Assembly (NCBI RefSeq): GCF_963921235.1
Contig: NC_086097.1
Span: forward strand, 111,354,001-111,418,000
Source of the DNA: Mobula hypostoma
Taxonomy: Eukaryota
Length of the DNA stretch: 64,000 nucleotides
Direction of reading: 5' to 3'
Part shown: piece after piece, positions 52,540 to 64,000 of the stretch
Position numbering within the stretch: the stretch's first letter is position 1
How the letters are laid out: every line of letters begins with the position of its first letter
Program-made: the position numbers and the translations under genes
Notes under the pieces: generated by a model
What the model saw: the letters and a program-made list of their open reading frames with translations, nothing else
Database searches by the model: none
What the model was told of the DNA's origin: nothing

Positions 52540-53020
52540 TCGCCTAGCAGTTAGTGAAATGCATCTATAGCTTGAGGTGTTCCAGAGTTCGGAGTTAAAT
52601 TCCAGTGCCGTCAGTAAGGAGCTTGTACGTTTCCCCCATGACTACAAAGGTTCTCTGGTTTCCTCCCATAGTCCAAAGACATAGTGATTAGTAAGTTAAT
52701 TGGTCATTGTCCTCTGATTGTTGTTCCTCTCCACGCATCGTGAAGCATTGGGCAATTTCTTCAGTATTTGTCTGTTTTTTTTAAAAAATGAGGTTGAGCT
52801 GTTAGCTCGACATTCAACCCAGCATGGATGGAAAGCACGTAAGGAGCTGGCCAGATTCAAACCCAGGAAGTCCAGTGCGGATGCCCAACACCACTGGCCG
52901 GCCAGGGTCAGCAGGTCCTGTCATTAGATTAGGCTATAGTTAAATAGATATGTTGCTGGGCGGTGTGGCTCGTTGGGCTCTCGGGCCTGATCCGTGCTGT
53001 ATCTCTAAATAAAAATAAAC
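52540..53020 (+). mobile_element. tRNA-derived V-SINE-like element, interrupted, with a LINE-type tail
   Basis: Core ggtttcctcccatagtccaaagac; ends ctgtatctctaaataaaaataaa. Confidence 0.55.
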
Positions 53021-54433
53021 ATGACAGGCATAGATAGAAATTATGCAGTCTTCCTCCCGAGAGAAAGGTAATAAAAAACTAGAGGACTTTAGTGTGAGAA
53101 GGGAAAGGTTTACAAAAAAAGGACCAGTGGGGCAAAATGGAGTACAGTGCGTCCATGGAACGAGCTGCTCGAGGCTAAGGCATCATTTTAACATGTTTGG
53201 ACAGGTACATCGATAGGAAAGGTTTAGGAGGGATATGTGCTCAACACAGAAAATAGGACTAGCTGAGGCATGCAGCTTAATCGATATGACAAGTTGGATC
53301 AGAAGTTCTTTTTCTGTGCTGTAAAATTCTATAAAGCTTTATAAATTTGTTGGAGAGATGCATGGAGAAATTTCACATCTGGACAAATATGAGGTACGAC
53401 ACTTTGGGAGGTTAAACACTAGAGGAAAGTATACAATAAATAGCAGGACCCTTCGGAATATTTGCATACAGAGAAATCTTGGGGTACAAGTCCACAGCTC
53501 CTCGAATATTGCAACACAAGTAAACAGGGTGGTAAAGGTGGCATACAACATACTTTCCTTCATCAGTCACAGCAATGAATATGAAAGCTGTGAACTGACA
53601 TTTGGAGTATGTGTGCAGTCCTAGCTGCCACATTACCATGAGAGTTAGTAGCAGAATTAGGGCCATTCAGTCTACTGAGTCCGTACCGCCATTCCACCAC
53701 TTCTCAACTTCATTCTTCTGCCTTTTTCCTGTGACCTTTGATGTTCTTACCTATCAATAAAACTATTAACCTATGCTTTAAATATAAATTATTAATAAAT
53801 TATATGAAAGATGAAGCAGCTTTGGAGAGAGTGCAGAGGAGGTTCAGCAGGATGATGCCTGAATTAGAGATAATGAGAATCGGCTAACTTGGACTGCTCT
53901 TTTTCCTGGAGCAGTGGCCAAGGGGGCATATTCAGAGAATTATGAGGGGTACAAATAGGGCAGATTGGTCTTCTTCCCCAACATCCAAGAACGGAAATGT
54001 CAAACACAGACAGCATAGTTTTAAGAGCAGAAAGGGGAATATTAAAGGGTGTGTGTATATATACACACACGAGTGGTACATGCCTGAAATGCTCTGCTAG
54101 TGGGTTGGGGGTGAGTGGGTGATAAGGGGGTTGTGGTGGAGGCGGATTTAATGGTGTTCTTTAAGAACATTTGGACAGGCACATGAAATTGCAGGGAATG
54201 CAATGATACGGACCATATGCAGACCGACAGGGTTAGATTAATCTGTCTACGTGGTCAGAACAGCACCAAGGGCCTATTCCTGTGCTGTACTGTTTGGTAT
54301 TCTTAAGGTCCTGAATAGTGCAATTGTCCTGAAGGTTAAATCACATAGTATACAAAGTAAAACAGCCAACTAGATACAAAATTGGTTTAGTGATAGGAGT
54401 CGGAGGGTGGTAAGTGAGGCGTTTTAAGATTGG

Positions 54434-55411
54434 TCAAGTCAAGTCAAGTCACTTTTTATTGTCATTTCGACCATAACTGCTGATACAGTACACAGTAAAA
54501 ACGAGACAATGTTTTTCAGGACCATGGTGCTACATGAAACAATACAAAAACTACACTGAACTATGTAAAAACAACACAAAAACTACACTAGGACTGCATA
54601 AGGTGCACAAAACAGTGCAGGCATTACAAAAAATAATAAACAAGACAATATGCACAGTAGAGGGCAGTAGGTTGGTGTCAGTCCAAGCTCTGGGTATTGA
54701 GGAGTCTGATGGCTTGGGGGAAGAAACTGTTACATAGTCTGGTTGTGAGAGCCCGAATACTCGGTGCCTTTTGCCAGATGGCAGGAGGGAGAAAAGTTTG
54801 TATGAGGGGTGCATGGGGTCCTTCATAATGCTGTTTGCTTTGTGGATGCAGCGTGTGGTGTAAATGTCAGTGACGGCGGGAAGAAAGACCTCGATGATCT
54901 TCTCAGCTGACCTCACTATCTGCTGCAGGGTCTTGCAATCTGAGATGCTGCAATATCCGAATCCGAACCAGGCAGTGATGCAGCTGCTCAGGATGCTCTC
55001 AATACAACCTCTGTTGAATGTGGTGAGGTTGGGGGGTGGGAGATGGACTTTCCTCAGCCTTCGCAGAAAGTAGAGACGCTGCTGGGCCTTCTTTGCTATG
55101 GAGCTGGTGTTGAGGGACCAGGTGAGATTCTCTGCCAGGTGAACACCAAGAAATTTGGTGCTCTTAACGATCTCTACGGAGGAGTCGTTGATGTTCAGCG
55201 GAGAGTGGTCGTTCCGTGTCCTCCTGAAGTCAACAACCATCTCTTTTGTTTTGTTCACATTCAGAGACAGGTTGTTGACTCTGCACCAGTCTATTAGCCG
55301 CAGCACCTCCTCTCTGTATGCTGACTCATCGTTCTTGCTGATGAGACCCACCACGGTCGTGTCATCGGCAAACTTGATGATGTGGTTCGAGCTGTGTGTT
55401 GCAGCACAGTC
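54434..55411 (-). mobile_element. Young Rex1/Babar-like LINE, 5'-truncated, inserted in a CR1
   Basis: HIIKFADDTTVVGLISKNDESAYREEV...AQQRLYFLRRLRK; (cttga)n tail at ~54434-54450. Confidence 0.88.
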
Positions 55412-55791
55412 GGTAACCAGTGGTGTGCAACAGGGATCAGTGTTGGGCCCACTGTTGTTTGTCATCTATGTTAGTAATTTGATTGATAGTGTAGGTGGCA
55501 TGGTTACCAAGTTTGCAGATGACACCAATATTGGAGGCGTTGTGGACAGTCAAGGTGACTTTCTAAGATTACAATAGGATCTATAAATCAGCTGAGAATG
55601 TTGCCCAAAGAATAGCATATTGAATTTAGTGTGAATACAGTTAGACAGGGGCAGAACTTACATCGTAAATGGCAGCGCTCTGAAGACACAGAACAAATAA
55701 ACCTTGCACTATAAGGACACAGTTCCCTGTAAGTGATGACATTGGTCGATAGGAGGGTAAGAAGGCATATGGTAAGCTTGAGTTGATGGGG

Positions 55792-56196
55792 TGTTAGAGC
55801 GATTTTTGGGTTTAGCACATTAACATTTAGCAAAGGACTTCTCAGCCACTGATTTTCAAATCTGAATGCAAACTGTAGATTTAAATTAAATGAATAGCTC
55901 CTAAAAGCTGTGTATCATAAACCAGAAAATGCTGATTAAAATTCATTAGATGTCTGTGGTGTGGGTGCGAATCAGGAAGTGTGAAGTTTGTGTGTAGTCC
56001 CAAAGAAAGCATTGCAAATATGGAATTGTCTTTTGACGTTTAGTACACAAAATAGTGAGCCCCACATTAGGCCAATGAGACCTTTCTACCAAAAGTGTCT
56101 CCATATGCCGGCTGCTGTATCTTGTTCTGTCGAATAAAGGGGCTGTTTCATATCTACCAGTACTCTTTCTCTAGTGACTTCTTCCATGCAACAACA
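55792..56196 (+). mobile_element. Probable solo LTR (~405 bp) inside a degenerate CR1
   Basis: TGTT...AACA ends, AATAAA about 60 nt before the end, flanks TGGGG/TGGGT, CR1 sequence on both sides. Confidence 0.55.
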
Positions 56197-56967
56197 TGGG
56201 TCAAGGCATGAGCTGGAACATCATGCTACAGCTGAACAGGATATTGAGGCATCTGGAATATTATGTGCAATTCTAGTTGCCAAGCTCTAAGAAGAATACC
56301 ATTAAGCTGGAAAGGGTGCAAGGACATTACTAGAACCACAGGATTTGAGTTATTTGGGGGGGGGAAAGATAGGCTGTTGCATTTCCTCCCTGTAGGAGGC
56401 TAAGGCATGACCTTATAGTGGGTTTAAAAATCATGAGAGTAGAAGATAAGGTTGCTGTTTTCTTCCTTGGGTAGAGGAGTCTAAAACTAGAGTACAAGGG
56501 GAAGTATAAAGCACACCTGAGGAGCAACTTTTTCCACATGGAGGTTGCTGGGTACATGGAACACAGTCAGAAGTGTTAGAAGCAGGTACAATTACAAAAT
56601 GTAAGACAACTGGATACATGGATAGTAAATGTTGAAAGAAATATGGCTAAATACAAAAACCACTAGCTCAGGTAGGCAACTTGATCAACGTAGATGAGTT
56701 GGACAAAAGGGCCATTTATGTTTAGTATGATTAACTCACCAAACTTCCTTAGACAGCAAAGGCTTTGGAACAAAACCATCAGGAAATTGTCCTTCAAGCC
56801 TTCCTGACTGGTAACACACGACTGATTCCTTCACCATTGCTGGGTTAAAATGCTGGAACTCTCTCTCCATACCTCAAGGACTACAGTGTTCAAGGCAGCA
56901 GCTCACCCCCATCTGGCTCAGCCTGCAAAACCCATATTCCTTGAATTAAGAGTGTAAAAGTACCTAC

Positions 56968-57060
56968 CTCTGTAGCTAGACGCAAGATGAACATCGGCAA
57001 TCCCTCAAGGGCTGGAATATAATTTTCTAAAAGCAGAGGTAATCCAGTTAAGTTTCCCTC
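56968..57060 (-). CDS. MLH1: MLH1 exon 17 equivalent (93 bp)
   Basis: AG/GT bounded. Translates [31 protein letters not shown]. Confidence 0.96.
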
Positions 57061-57122
57061 CTGTGAATAACCACAGTAAATCCATTTTGAGAATGCTTAA
57101 CCTCAAGTTTGCTGCAAAACGT

Positions 57123-57530
57123 GAGCAACACACACAAATGTTGGAGGAACTCAGTAAGTCAGGTAGTATCTTTGGAGGGTAATAAATAGTCTATGTGCAA
57201 GCTGAGACCCTTCGTCAGAAGTGGAAAGGAAGGGGGCTGAACCCAGAATCAGTAAGTGGGGGAGGGGAAAGATAGGTAATAGATGAAACCAGGTGACGGG
57301 GATGATGGGTAGGTGTAGGAAGGTAAGGATGAAGACAAAGCTGGGACGGAATGGGTGAAGAAAGTAAAAGAATGAAGGAGGAATCTGACAAGAAAGGACA
57401 GCGGACCATGGAAGAAAGGGAAGGAGGGGAACCAGAAGGAGGTGAGCGCAGGTAAAGGGAAGAGAAAGGGTAACAGGAGAGCCAGAATGAGGAAACGAAA
57501 AAAAGAAAAAAAAATGACTGAAAGTTGGCC
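57123..57530 (-). mobile_element. Penelope-like 3' fragment
   Basis: acacacaaatgttggaggaactcag...gagacccttcgtcag followed by a purine-rich tract. Confidence 0.7.
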
Positions 57531-58156
57531 CTCAACAATCAGGCTCTTGAACCAAAGGGGATAACTTCACTTACCACAACACTGAAGTGTTCTCACAACC
57601 TATGGACTCACTTTCAAAGACTCTTCATCTCATGTTCTTGTTATTTATTCTTTCTTTCTTTCTTTTTGTACTTACACAGTTCATTGTCTTTTACATACTG
57701 ATTGAACGCTAAATTAGTGTAGTCTTTCATTGATTCCATTATGGATTTATTGAGTATGCCCGCAAGAAAATGAATCTCAGTGTTGTACATGGTAACCTAT
57801 GTACTTTGATAATAAATTTGCTTTGAGCTTTGAAATCAATCTTTATGCAATCAGGATGAAGACTCTCCAATATAAGATTGGCCTCATCACGGCAGTAGAC
57901 ACCATGGATAGACATATCAGAATGGGATTGTGAAATTGAATTGAAATAGGCAGTCGCCAGGAGATCCTGCCTTTTATGGTTGATAGTTCAAAGGTCCTTG
58001 AAGAATTGTTTCCCCAGTTTGCATCCTCCAACAAGTTGAGAGTGTAAAATTAGATACCTTGCTATTTTCTTTTTATTGACTTTCAGCAAGGAATCGACAA
58101 ACTACTTCAGATGGAGAATAATGTTAATATTAAGTCAGCTTAAGTTATATACTAAC

Positions 58157-58321
58157 CTCATCAATACCAAGGGAAAAATAATCTTGCAGCATTTCAGATT
58201 TTGTCTTCAGGAAGTCCACAATATACTCTGCTAATCCTTCTTTAGGACCATCCTCCTCTGTCCATCCACTTTCTGGACTATCCAGTGCCATCATGGCCAG
58301 TTCATACAGTGGGGCTGGGGT
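58157..58321 (-). CDS. MLH1: MLH1 exon 16 equivalent (165 bp)
   Basis: AG/GT bounded. Translates [55 protein letters not shown]. Confidence 0.97.
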
Positions 58322-58407
58322 CTGAACACAAAGTGAAAGAACAAATTTAGTGTCTTCAACTGGTGACTAAACCCATGGGAAAAAAAACGTCCACCAGACA
58401 TACTTAC

Positions 58408-58471
58408 CGATAACCTCAAAACTCCAAAATTGCCAAAGTCATAGATCAAGATTTGGTGAAATAATTCCTGA
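58408..58471 (-). CDS. MLH1: MLH1 exon 15 equivalent (64 bp)
   Basis: AG/GT bounded. Translates QELFHQILIYDFGNFGVLRLS. Confidence 0.96.
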
Positions 58472-59669
58472 CTGAAAAATCACACATTTTGTTCAGAAAA
58501 CGGTGTATAAACAAGATATTTCACAAAAACAAAGTTGCTCAGCCCCACAGTAATATTTATACTCTGCACTCCATACTTCTCTAAATTATAATTGATAATC
58601 ATATCAATAACATGAATAAGCAGCTCTGCTGTCTTTCATGATTTCTCCATAATTGAACAGTAATCTGCTTTATTATACACCTTAATCAGTGAATTTTCAA
58701 CTTGTTATCTTGCCTCCACAGCATCTCATATTGTTATTGATGGTGTCTCCAACGTGGGTGATTGTTCCTTCAGCTGGAGATACAGCAGAGATCCTATGGA
58801 TGATCGTTTTCTCAGAAACCAGTGGATAGCTGCCAACAGTGAACACTAATCACTAAAGCCCTACAAGTGAAGACAGATCCATTTCTAGCAGGGGCAAAGT
58901 TTTCTTATAAAATGCAGGACTACAATTCAAGACTCGAGCAAACTATTGGACTAAGCGTGCTAACCAAGAGGTCTGAAGAAGAATTTCCAAGCTTTCTTAC
59001 CCCCTCCTTGCTTCTGTTATCTGCTTTTTTTTAAGAAAAAAAATCCCCATTGTGACATGGAACAAACTGGGTGAACCACAATTGTTTATAATTACTGTTC
59101 GTATCCTCATGTACATATCAACGACTGTCAATTCTACAAAATAACACAACTTTTTAGTGTAAACCTAAATATTTGTTGAGGTTTTATAGCAACCCAGGAG
59201 AAGGCCATTTGGCCCATAAGGTTCAAATCAGCTCCTAAGGGTCCAATCCCCTCTGTCTTATTCCCAACCCTCATTTGCTTCTACATTTGTAACTTATTCA
59301 GTCTCACAAATAACCAGTAAATTCTGATTTTTCCCCACATTAACTTGTACCAAAGGTAGCCAATTATTGTACCAGAACTATTTTGAAATGTGGGAGGAAA
59401 CCCATAATCATGAGTACGTGCAAATGGCACACAGACAGCATTTGAAATCAGGATTTAACCTGGGTCCATGGATCTAAAGCAGCAGCACTGTATGCTGCAC
59501 CACCTTCTTGCAATTGATCAATTTCTTCTAAAAAGACATTTCTAGCAGTGAAATTTTCATATTATTCCAATTTTTAAAAAAAGTTCCTTGTCATCACTGG
59601 CATGGAAGCTATTGATGGCCACATCTACATTAAACAGTACTCTCTCGGTTGTGTGCATGTTGAAAATAC

Positions 59670-59778
59670 CTGAGTTTAGTAGTGTTGATCAGGTAAAGTT
59701 TAGTTTGGTACTGCACCAATGCCCACTGAGGATTCACACAACCTATAAATACATGATTCTGTAACATATCTTGGAGGC
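59670..59778 (-). CDS. MLH1: MLH1 exon 14 equivalent (109 bp)
   Basis: AG/GT bounded. Translates [35 protein letters not shown]. Confidence 0.96.
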
Positions 59779-60691
59779 CTTAAAAATAAAAGACTCAGAG
59801 TTAGTATCTGCAACACAATGATAATATCTCCTTACATTGTCAAGGTGCATACCACGTGATTGTATCTGACATGTATTAGTTTCACAACACAAGTACAAAC
59901 AAATCATTCTAAATTCTTAGTAGCTGATTCATGACCCAAGCCCTGAATTTCTTGGCATCAATCTTGACTGTTCCTTCTGATCCCAGAAATCAATAACATT
60001 TATAAAATTATGATAGACAGCTGGCATTTCTCCCCACCCCCAACACTCCCCTCACCACTAGTCAAAATGTCTAATACTACTGGGCATGAATTTAAGGCAA
60101 GAGGGGGAAGTTCAAAGATGATGTGCGGGGCAAGTTATGTTTCTCTCCCTCACAAGCTAAGTGGCAGGTATATGTAATGCAATGCCTGGTGTTGGAGACA
60201 AATACAATAGAGGCATTTCAGTAGGCCGAAGGGCCCATCCCTATCCTATACTGATTTATATTCTAATATTTAGGAAATAAAATGCAACAATAGAAGTAGA
60301 AAAACCTCACTGGCAGATAGTGAGAATCTGAAGAAATTGCTGGTAAAGTGTAGATCACTGTGACACTGAATGCTTCAGATCAGTAAATCTCTCTCTCAAT
60401 GAATGTCCATTGCCTGTTTTGTATTTCCAGTGGAAAAATGAAAGGGCAAGGTGTGGAGCACATGCTCACACACTGACCATCTGCAGTCAATCTCTACTTT
60501 CACAGAATATTGTACCTAGACATGAACGAGTTATCTCCACAACAACTCAATGGTGATGTTTTATGTCCTGATCTTATGCTCCATTCCACTCCCTTGTCAA
60601 CCCATGCCCATAAGACTAAGTGTAAAGCTGCTTTCTGTCATTTAGCACATATTTCTAAAGGCCCATCAATCAACAGAAAAATACAATTCTC

Positions 60692-61303
60692 TAACAACAG
60701 GAATACTGCAGATGCTGGAAATTCAAGCAACACACATCAAAGTTGCTGGTGAATGCAGCAGGCCAGGCAGCATCTCTAGGAAGAGGTACAGTCGACGTTT
60801 CAGGCCGAGACCCTTCGTCAGGACGAACTGGAGGAAGAGTTAGTAAGAGATTTGAAAGTGGGAGGGGGAGGGGGAGCTCCAAAATGATAGGAGAAGACAG
60901 GAGGGGGAGGGATGGAGCCAAGAGCTGGACAGGTGATTGGCAAAAGTGATATGAGAGGATCATGGGACAGGAGGTCTGGGGAGAAAGACAAGGGGAGGGA
61001 GGGGGAACCAGAGGATGGGCAAGGGGTATAGTCAGAGGGACAGAGGGAGAAAAAGGAGAGTGAGAGAAAGAATGTGTGTATAAAGATAAATAACGGATGG
61101 GATACGAGGGGGAGGTGGGGCATTAGCGGAAGTTAAGAGAAGTCAATGTTCATGCCATGAAGTTGGAGGCTACCCAGACAGAATATAAGGTGTTGTTCCT
61201 CCAACCTGAGTGTGGCTTCATCTTTACAGTAAAGGAGGCCATGGATAGACATGTCAGAATGGGAATGGGATGTGGAATTAAAATGTGTGGTCACTGGGAG
61301 ATC
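60692..61303 (-). mobile_element. Younger Penelope-like 3' fragment
   Basis: CpG-retaining terminal repeat with the hammerhead motif, purine tract and endonuclease C-terminus. Confidence 0.85.
60789..60830 (-). ncRNA. Minimal type I hammerhead ribozyme motif in a Penelope-like terminal repeat (best-preserved copy)
   Basis: Minus strand reads GUC-CUGACGA-AGGGUCUCGGCCU-GAAAC-GUC^GAC: core CUGANGA/GAAA, stem II, palindromic ACGU in place of stem III, GUC cleavage triplet, GUC/GAC stem I. Confidence 0.8.
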
Positions 61304-61429
61304 CACTGGGAATACAATTCTCTTCCCATTCTTCCTTATGGAATACTGAACTTATGGCCTCAGGCTCCTTCTCACAGTCAATTTAATGCTATAAATTTGT
61401 TGACAACACAACTATTTTTGACAGAATTT

Positions 61430-62215
61430 CAGATGGTGACAAGGTGGTGTACAGCAGCTAGATAGACGGCAGTGGAGTGGTGTTGCAACCTTGCACTCAA
61501 TGTTAGTAAGACTAAGGAACTGACTGTAAACTTCAGGAAGGGGAAGTAGAAGGAACCAGTCCTCATCAACAAATCAGAAGTGGAAAGGGTGAGCAGTTTC
61601 AAGCTCCTGGGTGTCAACATCTCTGAAGATCGATCCTGGGCCCAGCATATTGATGCAATTACAAAGAAGGCATGACAGAAGTTATGACAGCATTAGGAGT
61701 TTGAGGAAATTTGCTATTTCACCAAAGATTCTTGCAAATTCCCACAGATATACAGTGGACCGCATTCTAACTGGTTACATCACCAACTGGTATGGAGGGG
61801 CCACTGCACAGGATTGGAAAAGGCTGCAAAAAGTTGCAAACTCAGCAAGTTCCGTCGTGGGCATTAAACTCCCCAGCATCGATGACACCTTCAAAGGGCG
61901 ATGCCTCAAAAAGGCAGCATCAATAATCACCAAGGACATAGCCTCTTCGCATTGTTACCACTAAGGTACAGGCGCCTGAAGACATGCACTCAATGTTTCA
62001 GAAACAACTTATTTCCCTCTGCCATATTTCTGAATGGACAATGAACCCATGAACACTTCCTCACTATTTCCCCCCTCCCTTTTTGTACTATATATTTAAT
62101 TTATTTTTTGTTTATACTTTTTATTATAATTTATACATTATTGTTATGTATTATAATGTACTACTGCTGCAAAACAACACATTTCACAACATATATCAAT
62201 GATATTAAACTTGAT
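61430..62215 (+). mobile_element. Degenerate Rex1/Babar-like fragment
   Basis: LALNVSKTKELTVNFRK, ILTGYITNWYG, CLKKAASII. Confidence 0.75.
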
Positions 62216-62534
62216 TCTTCTCAGACAAATTTATGAAGTAAAAACAACTTTGATTTGCAACATGATGAACTATCAAGTAGTTTCTGAAAAGCATCAGCCT
62301 GTGTGGAGGTTCAAATGTGATACATCACAATCCCTTGTGAAAATAGGGATATTCTGTCATTTGTCAATGATATACACAAAATGCAGGAGGAACTCAGCAT
62401 GTCAGGCAGCATCTATGGTAAAGAATAAAGAGTCAATGTTTCAGGCTGAGACCCCAATGATGGGTTGAATACACGTGATATTAGCACACAACTTGTGTTT
62501 CTCCTTAAGAAAAAGACTCATCTAATAGCTGTAC

Positions 62535-62683
62535 CTGTATGGTTTTGACTGTTGATGTCCTCCCGCAAAGAGAGTATACTGGTAAGGTTAATAATTCGCC
62601 TCTTTGGAAGATGAGCAGCTGTCATATTATGACTGGAGTTCATTTCCTTTTCTTCATCTGGCAATTCGGCCCTTGATCGTTTT
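62535..62683 (-). CDS. MLH1: MLH1 exon 13 equivalent (149 bp)
   Basis: AG/GT bounded on -. Translates KRSRAELPDEEKEMNSSHNMTAAHLPKRRIINLTSILSLREDINSQNHT, containing the RRIINLTS motif. Confidence 0.93.
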
Positions 62684-62898
62684 CTGGCAAATAAAATTAC
62701 ACCCTATTCAGATATCAAACTACATTACTGTCAATATAATAGACTAACAATTTTATAAAACCCATTCATGATTATTTCCACCTCCATCCAACTTTCACAA
62801 CTGGGTGACTTCTCATTTCTTCTTTTGACAACCTGTTAGTTAGGCTATATGTTCCTGGAGTTTTCATGGCTTATCATACTAAAGTACTATGCCTAATA

Positions 62899-63640
62899 CA
62901 GGTGCACATTCCTTTATCCGAAATTCTGAAATCCAAAAAGCTCTGAAAACCTAAGTTTTTCTCGCCAACAGCTGATGTCACTCAGGTGTGCCTTGACAGC
63001 ACTAGCAGAGTCCACCAGATGTCAGTTGTGGCTCAGCGCTTATACTAGTTACACGTGCATTTGCTGTTCGCTGATATTTTGTGTTCACTGTTGACTTTGT
63101 GTTTAATTTCACTGAGAAAATGTCAAAAAGAGCTGCAGATACCCCTCGGGGTAACAATGAGAAAAGGAGAAGGAAACATCTGTTTCATTATCAATAACGC
63201 AGAAAGTGGAGTTACTGTAGAAGCTTGATCGTGGTGTGTCTGTGTAGCATCTTACTGAAGAAAATAGTGTTGGAACTACCACTGTATATGATTTAAATAA
63301 ACAGAAAGACAAGTTACTGAGGTTTTATAGTGACAGTGACAGTGACGTTCTACATTTATTCCAAAAACTCATTTACCTTGTGTTTGATTCGGTTCGTTTG
63401 AAGCTGTATATTTTTATGTTTTATTGAATGTTTTTGCTGGAAATAAAATTTTTTCTTGTCATTATTCCCTAAACAATACAGTATAACAACTATCTACATA
63501 GCATTTACATTGTATTAGGTATTATAAGTAATCTAGAGATGATTTAAAGTATATGGGAAAATGAGCGCAGGGTTGGTGCGTCGCTGGGTCCTAAAGACCA
63601 CCGCACTGAGCCAGATTAAATAAGAGACTTGAGCATACAC
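62899..63640 (+). mobile_element. Tigger (pogo-like) DNA transposon deletion derivative
   Basis: TA|CAGGTGCACATTCCTTTATCCGAAATTCTGAAATCC left end. Disrupted transposase N-terminus from ATG 63120 (MSKRAADTPRGNNEKRRRKHL...TTTVYDLNKQKDKLLRFY). Subterminal block CAATACAGTATAACAACTA...TCTAGAGATGATTTAAAGTATA. Confidence 0.85.
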
Positions 63641-63647
63641 GAGAAAT

Positions 63648-64000
63648 CATTTGAAAGTGGGAGGGGGAGGGGGAGATCCAAAATGATAGGAGAAGACAGG
63701 AGGGGGAAGGGATGGATCTAAGAGCTGGAGAAGGGAGAAGATAATCGGACGGGAAGCCTGGGGAGAAAGAGAAGTGGGGAGGGGAGCCCAGAGGGTGGAG
63801 AGCAGGCAAGGAGTTATAGTGAGAGGGACAGAGGGAGAAAAAAGAGAGAGAGAGAAAAAAAAGGGGGAAAAGAATAAAAAATATATAAGATAAATAAATA
63901 AGGGATGGGGTGTGAAGGGGAGGAGGCACATTAACAGAAGTTAGAGAAGTCATCAGCCATCAGGTTGGAGGCTACCCAGACGGAATATAAGGTGGTGTTC
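63648..64000 (-). mobile_element. Penelope-like fragment of the same subfamily as 60692-61303, running off the window
   Basis: tttgaaagtgggagggggagggg...ggttggaggctacccagac, matching 60850-61200. Confidence 0.8.

Noticed and set aside
54551..55577. 304 aa and 140 aa ORFs that look like a CR1/Rex1 fusion gene
   Set aside because: Artefact of a Rex1-like element inserted antisense in a CR1; the ORFs read across the junction at ~55411.
591..63953. Most short ORFs in the track (S/P/L/F-rich or E/G/R/K-rich)
   Set aside because: Antisense or out-of-frame translations of LINE and Penelope fragments and purine/pyrimidine tracts.
1..64000. CRISPR arrays, operons, rRNA or intact tRNA genes
   Set aside because: The DNA is eukaryotic and intron-rich; no regular repeat-spacer array, rRNA motif or complete cloverleaf was seen.

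Overview
Vertebrate genomic DNA, very repeat-rich; the repeat set (CR1, Rex1/Babar, Penelope-like, V-SINE) suggests a cartilaginous fish, probably a ray (inference). Two host genes converge tail-to-tail, as at the human locus. The last two coding exons of LRRFIP2 are on + (4948-5052, 15506-15616). Exons 13-19 of MLH1 are on - (62683 down to 33621) with canonical GT-AG sites and the terminal FERC motif. Most of the rest is layered transposon sequence. The last MLH1 intron holds a complete, recent Gmr1-like LTR retrotransposon (36661-41602) with two ~930 bp LTRs, an ACAC target duplication, a tRNA-Pro PBS, an intact 701 aa Gag-protease ORF and a pol reduced to vestiges. About a dozen Penelope-like ends carry a minimal type I hammerhead ribozyme motif; one copy (60789-60830, -) has an intact core. 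Other elements: two probable solo LTRs, a mariner-derived MITE built from five end copies, a Tigger4/Tigger3-like composite, hAT-Charlie fragments, a BovB-like RTE fragment and several local templated duplications. Exon, LTR, PBS and TSD boundaries were counted base by base. Boundaries of degenerate repeats are approximate and family calls come from recalled motifs, not database searches.
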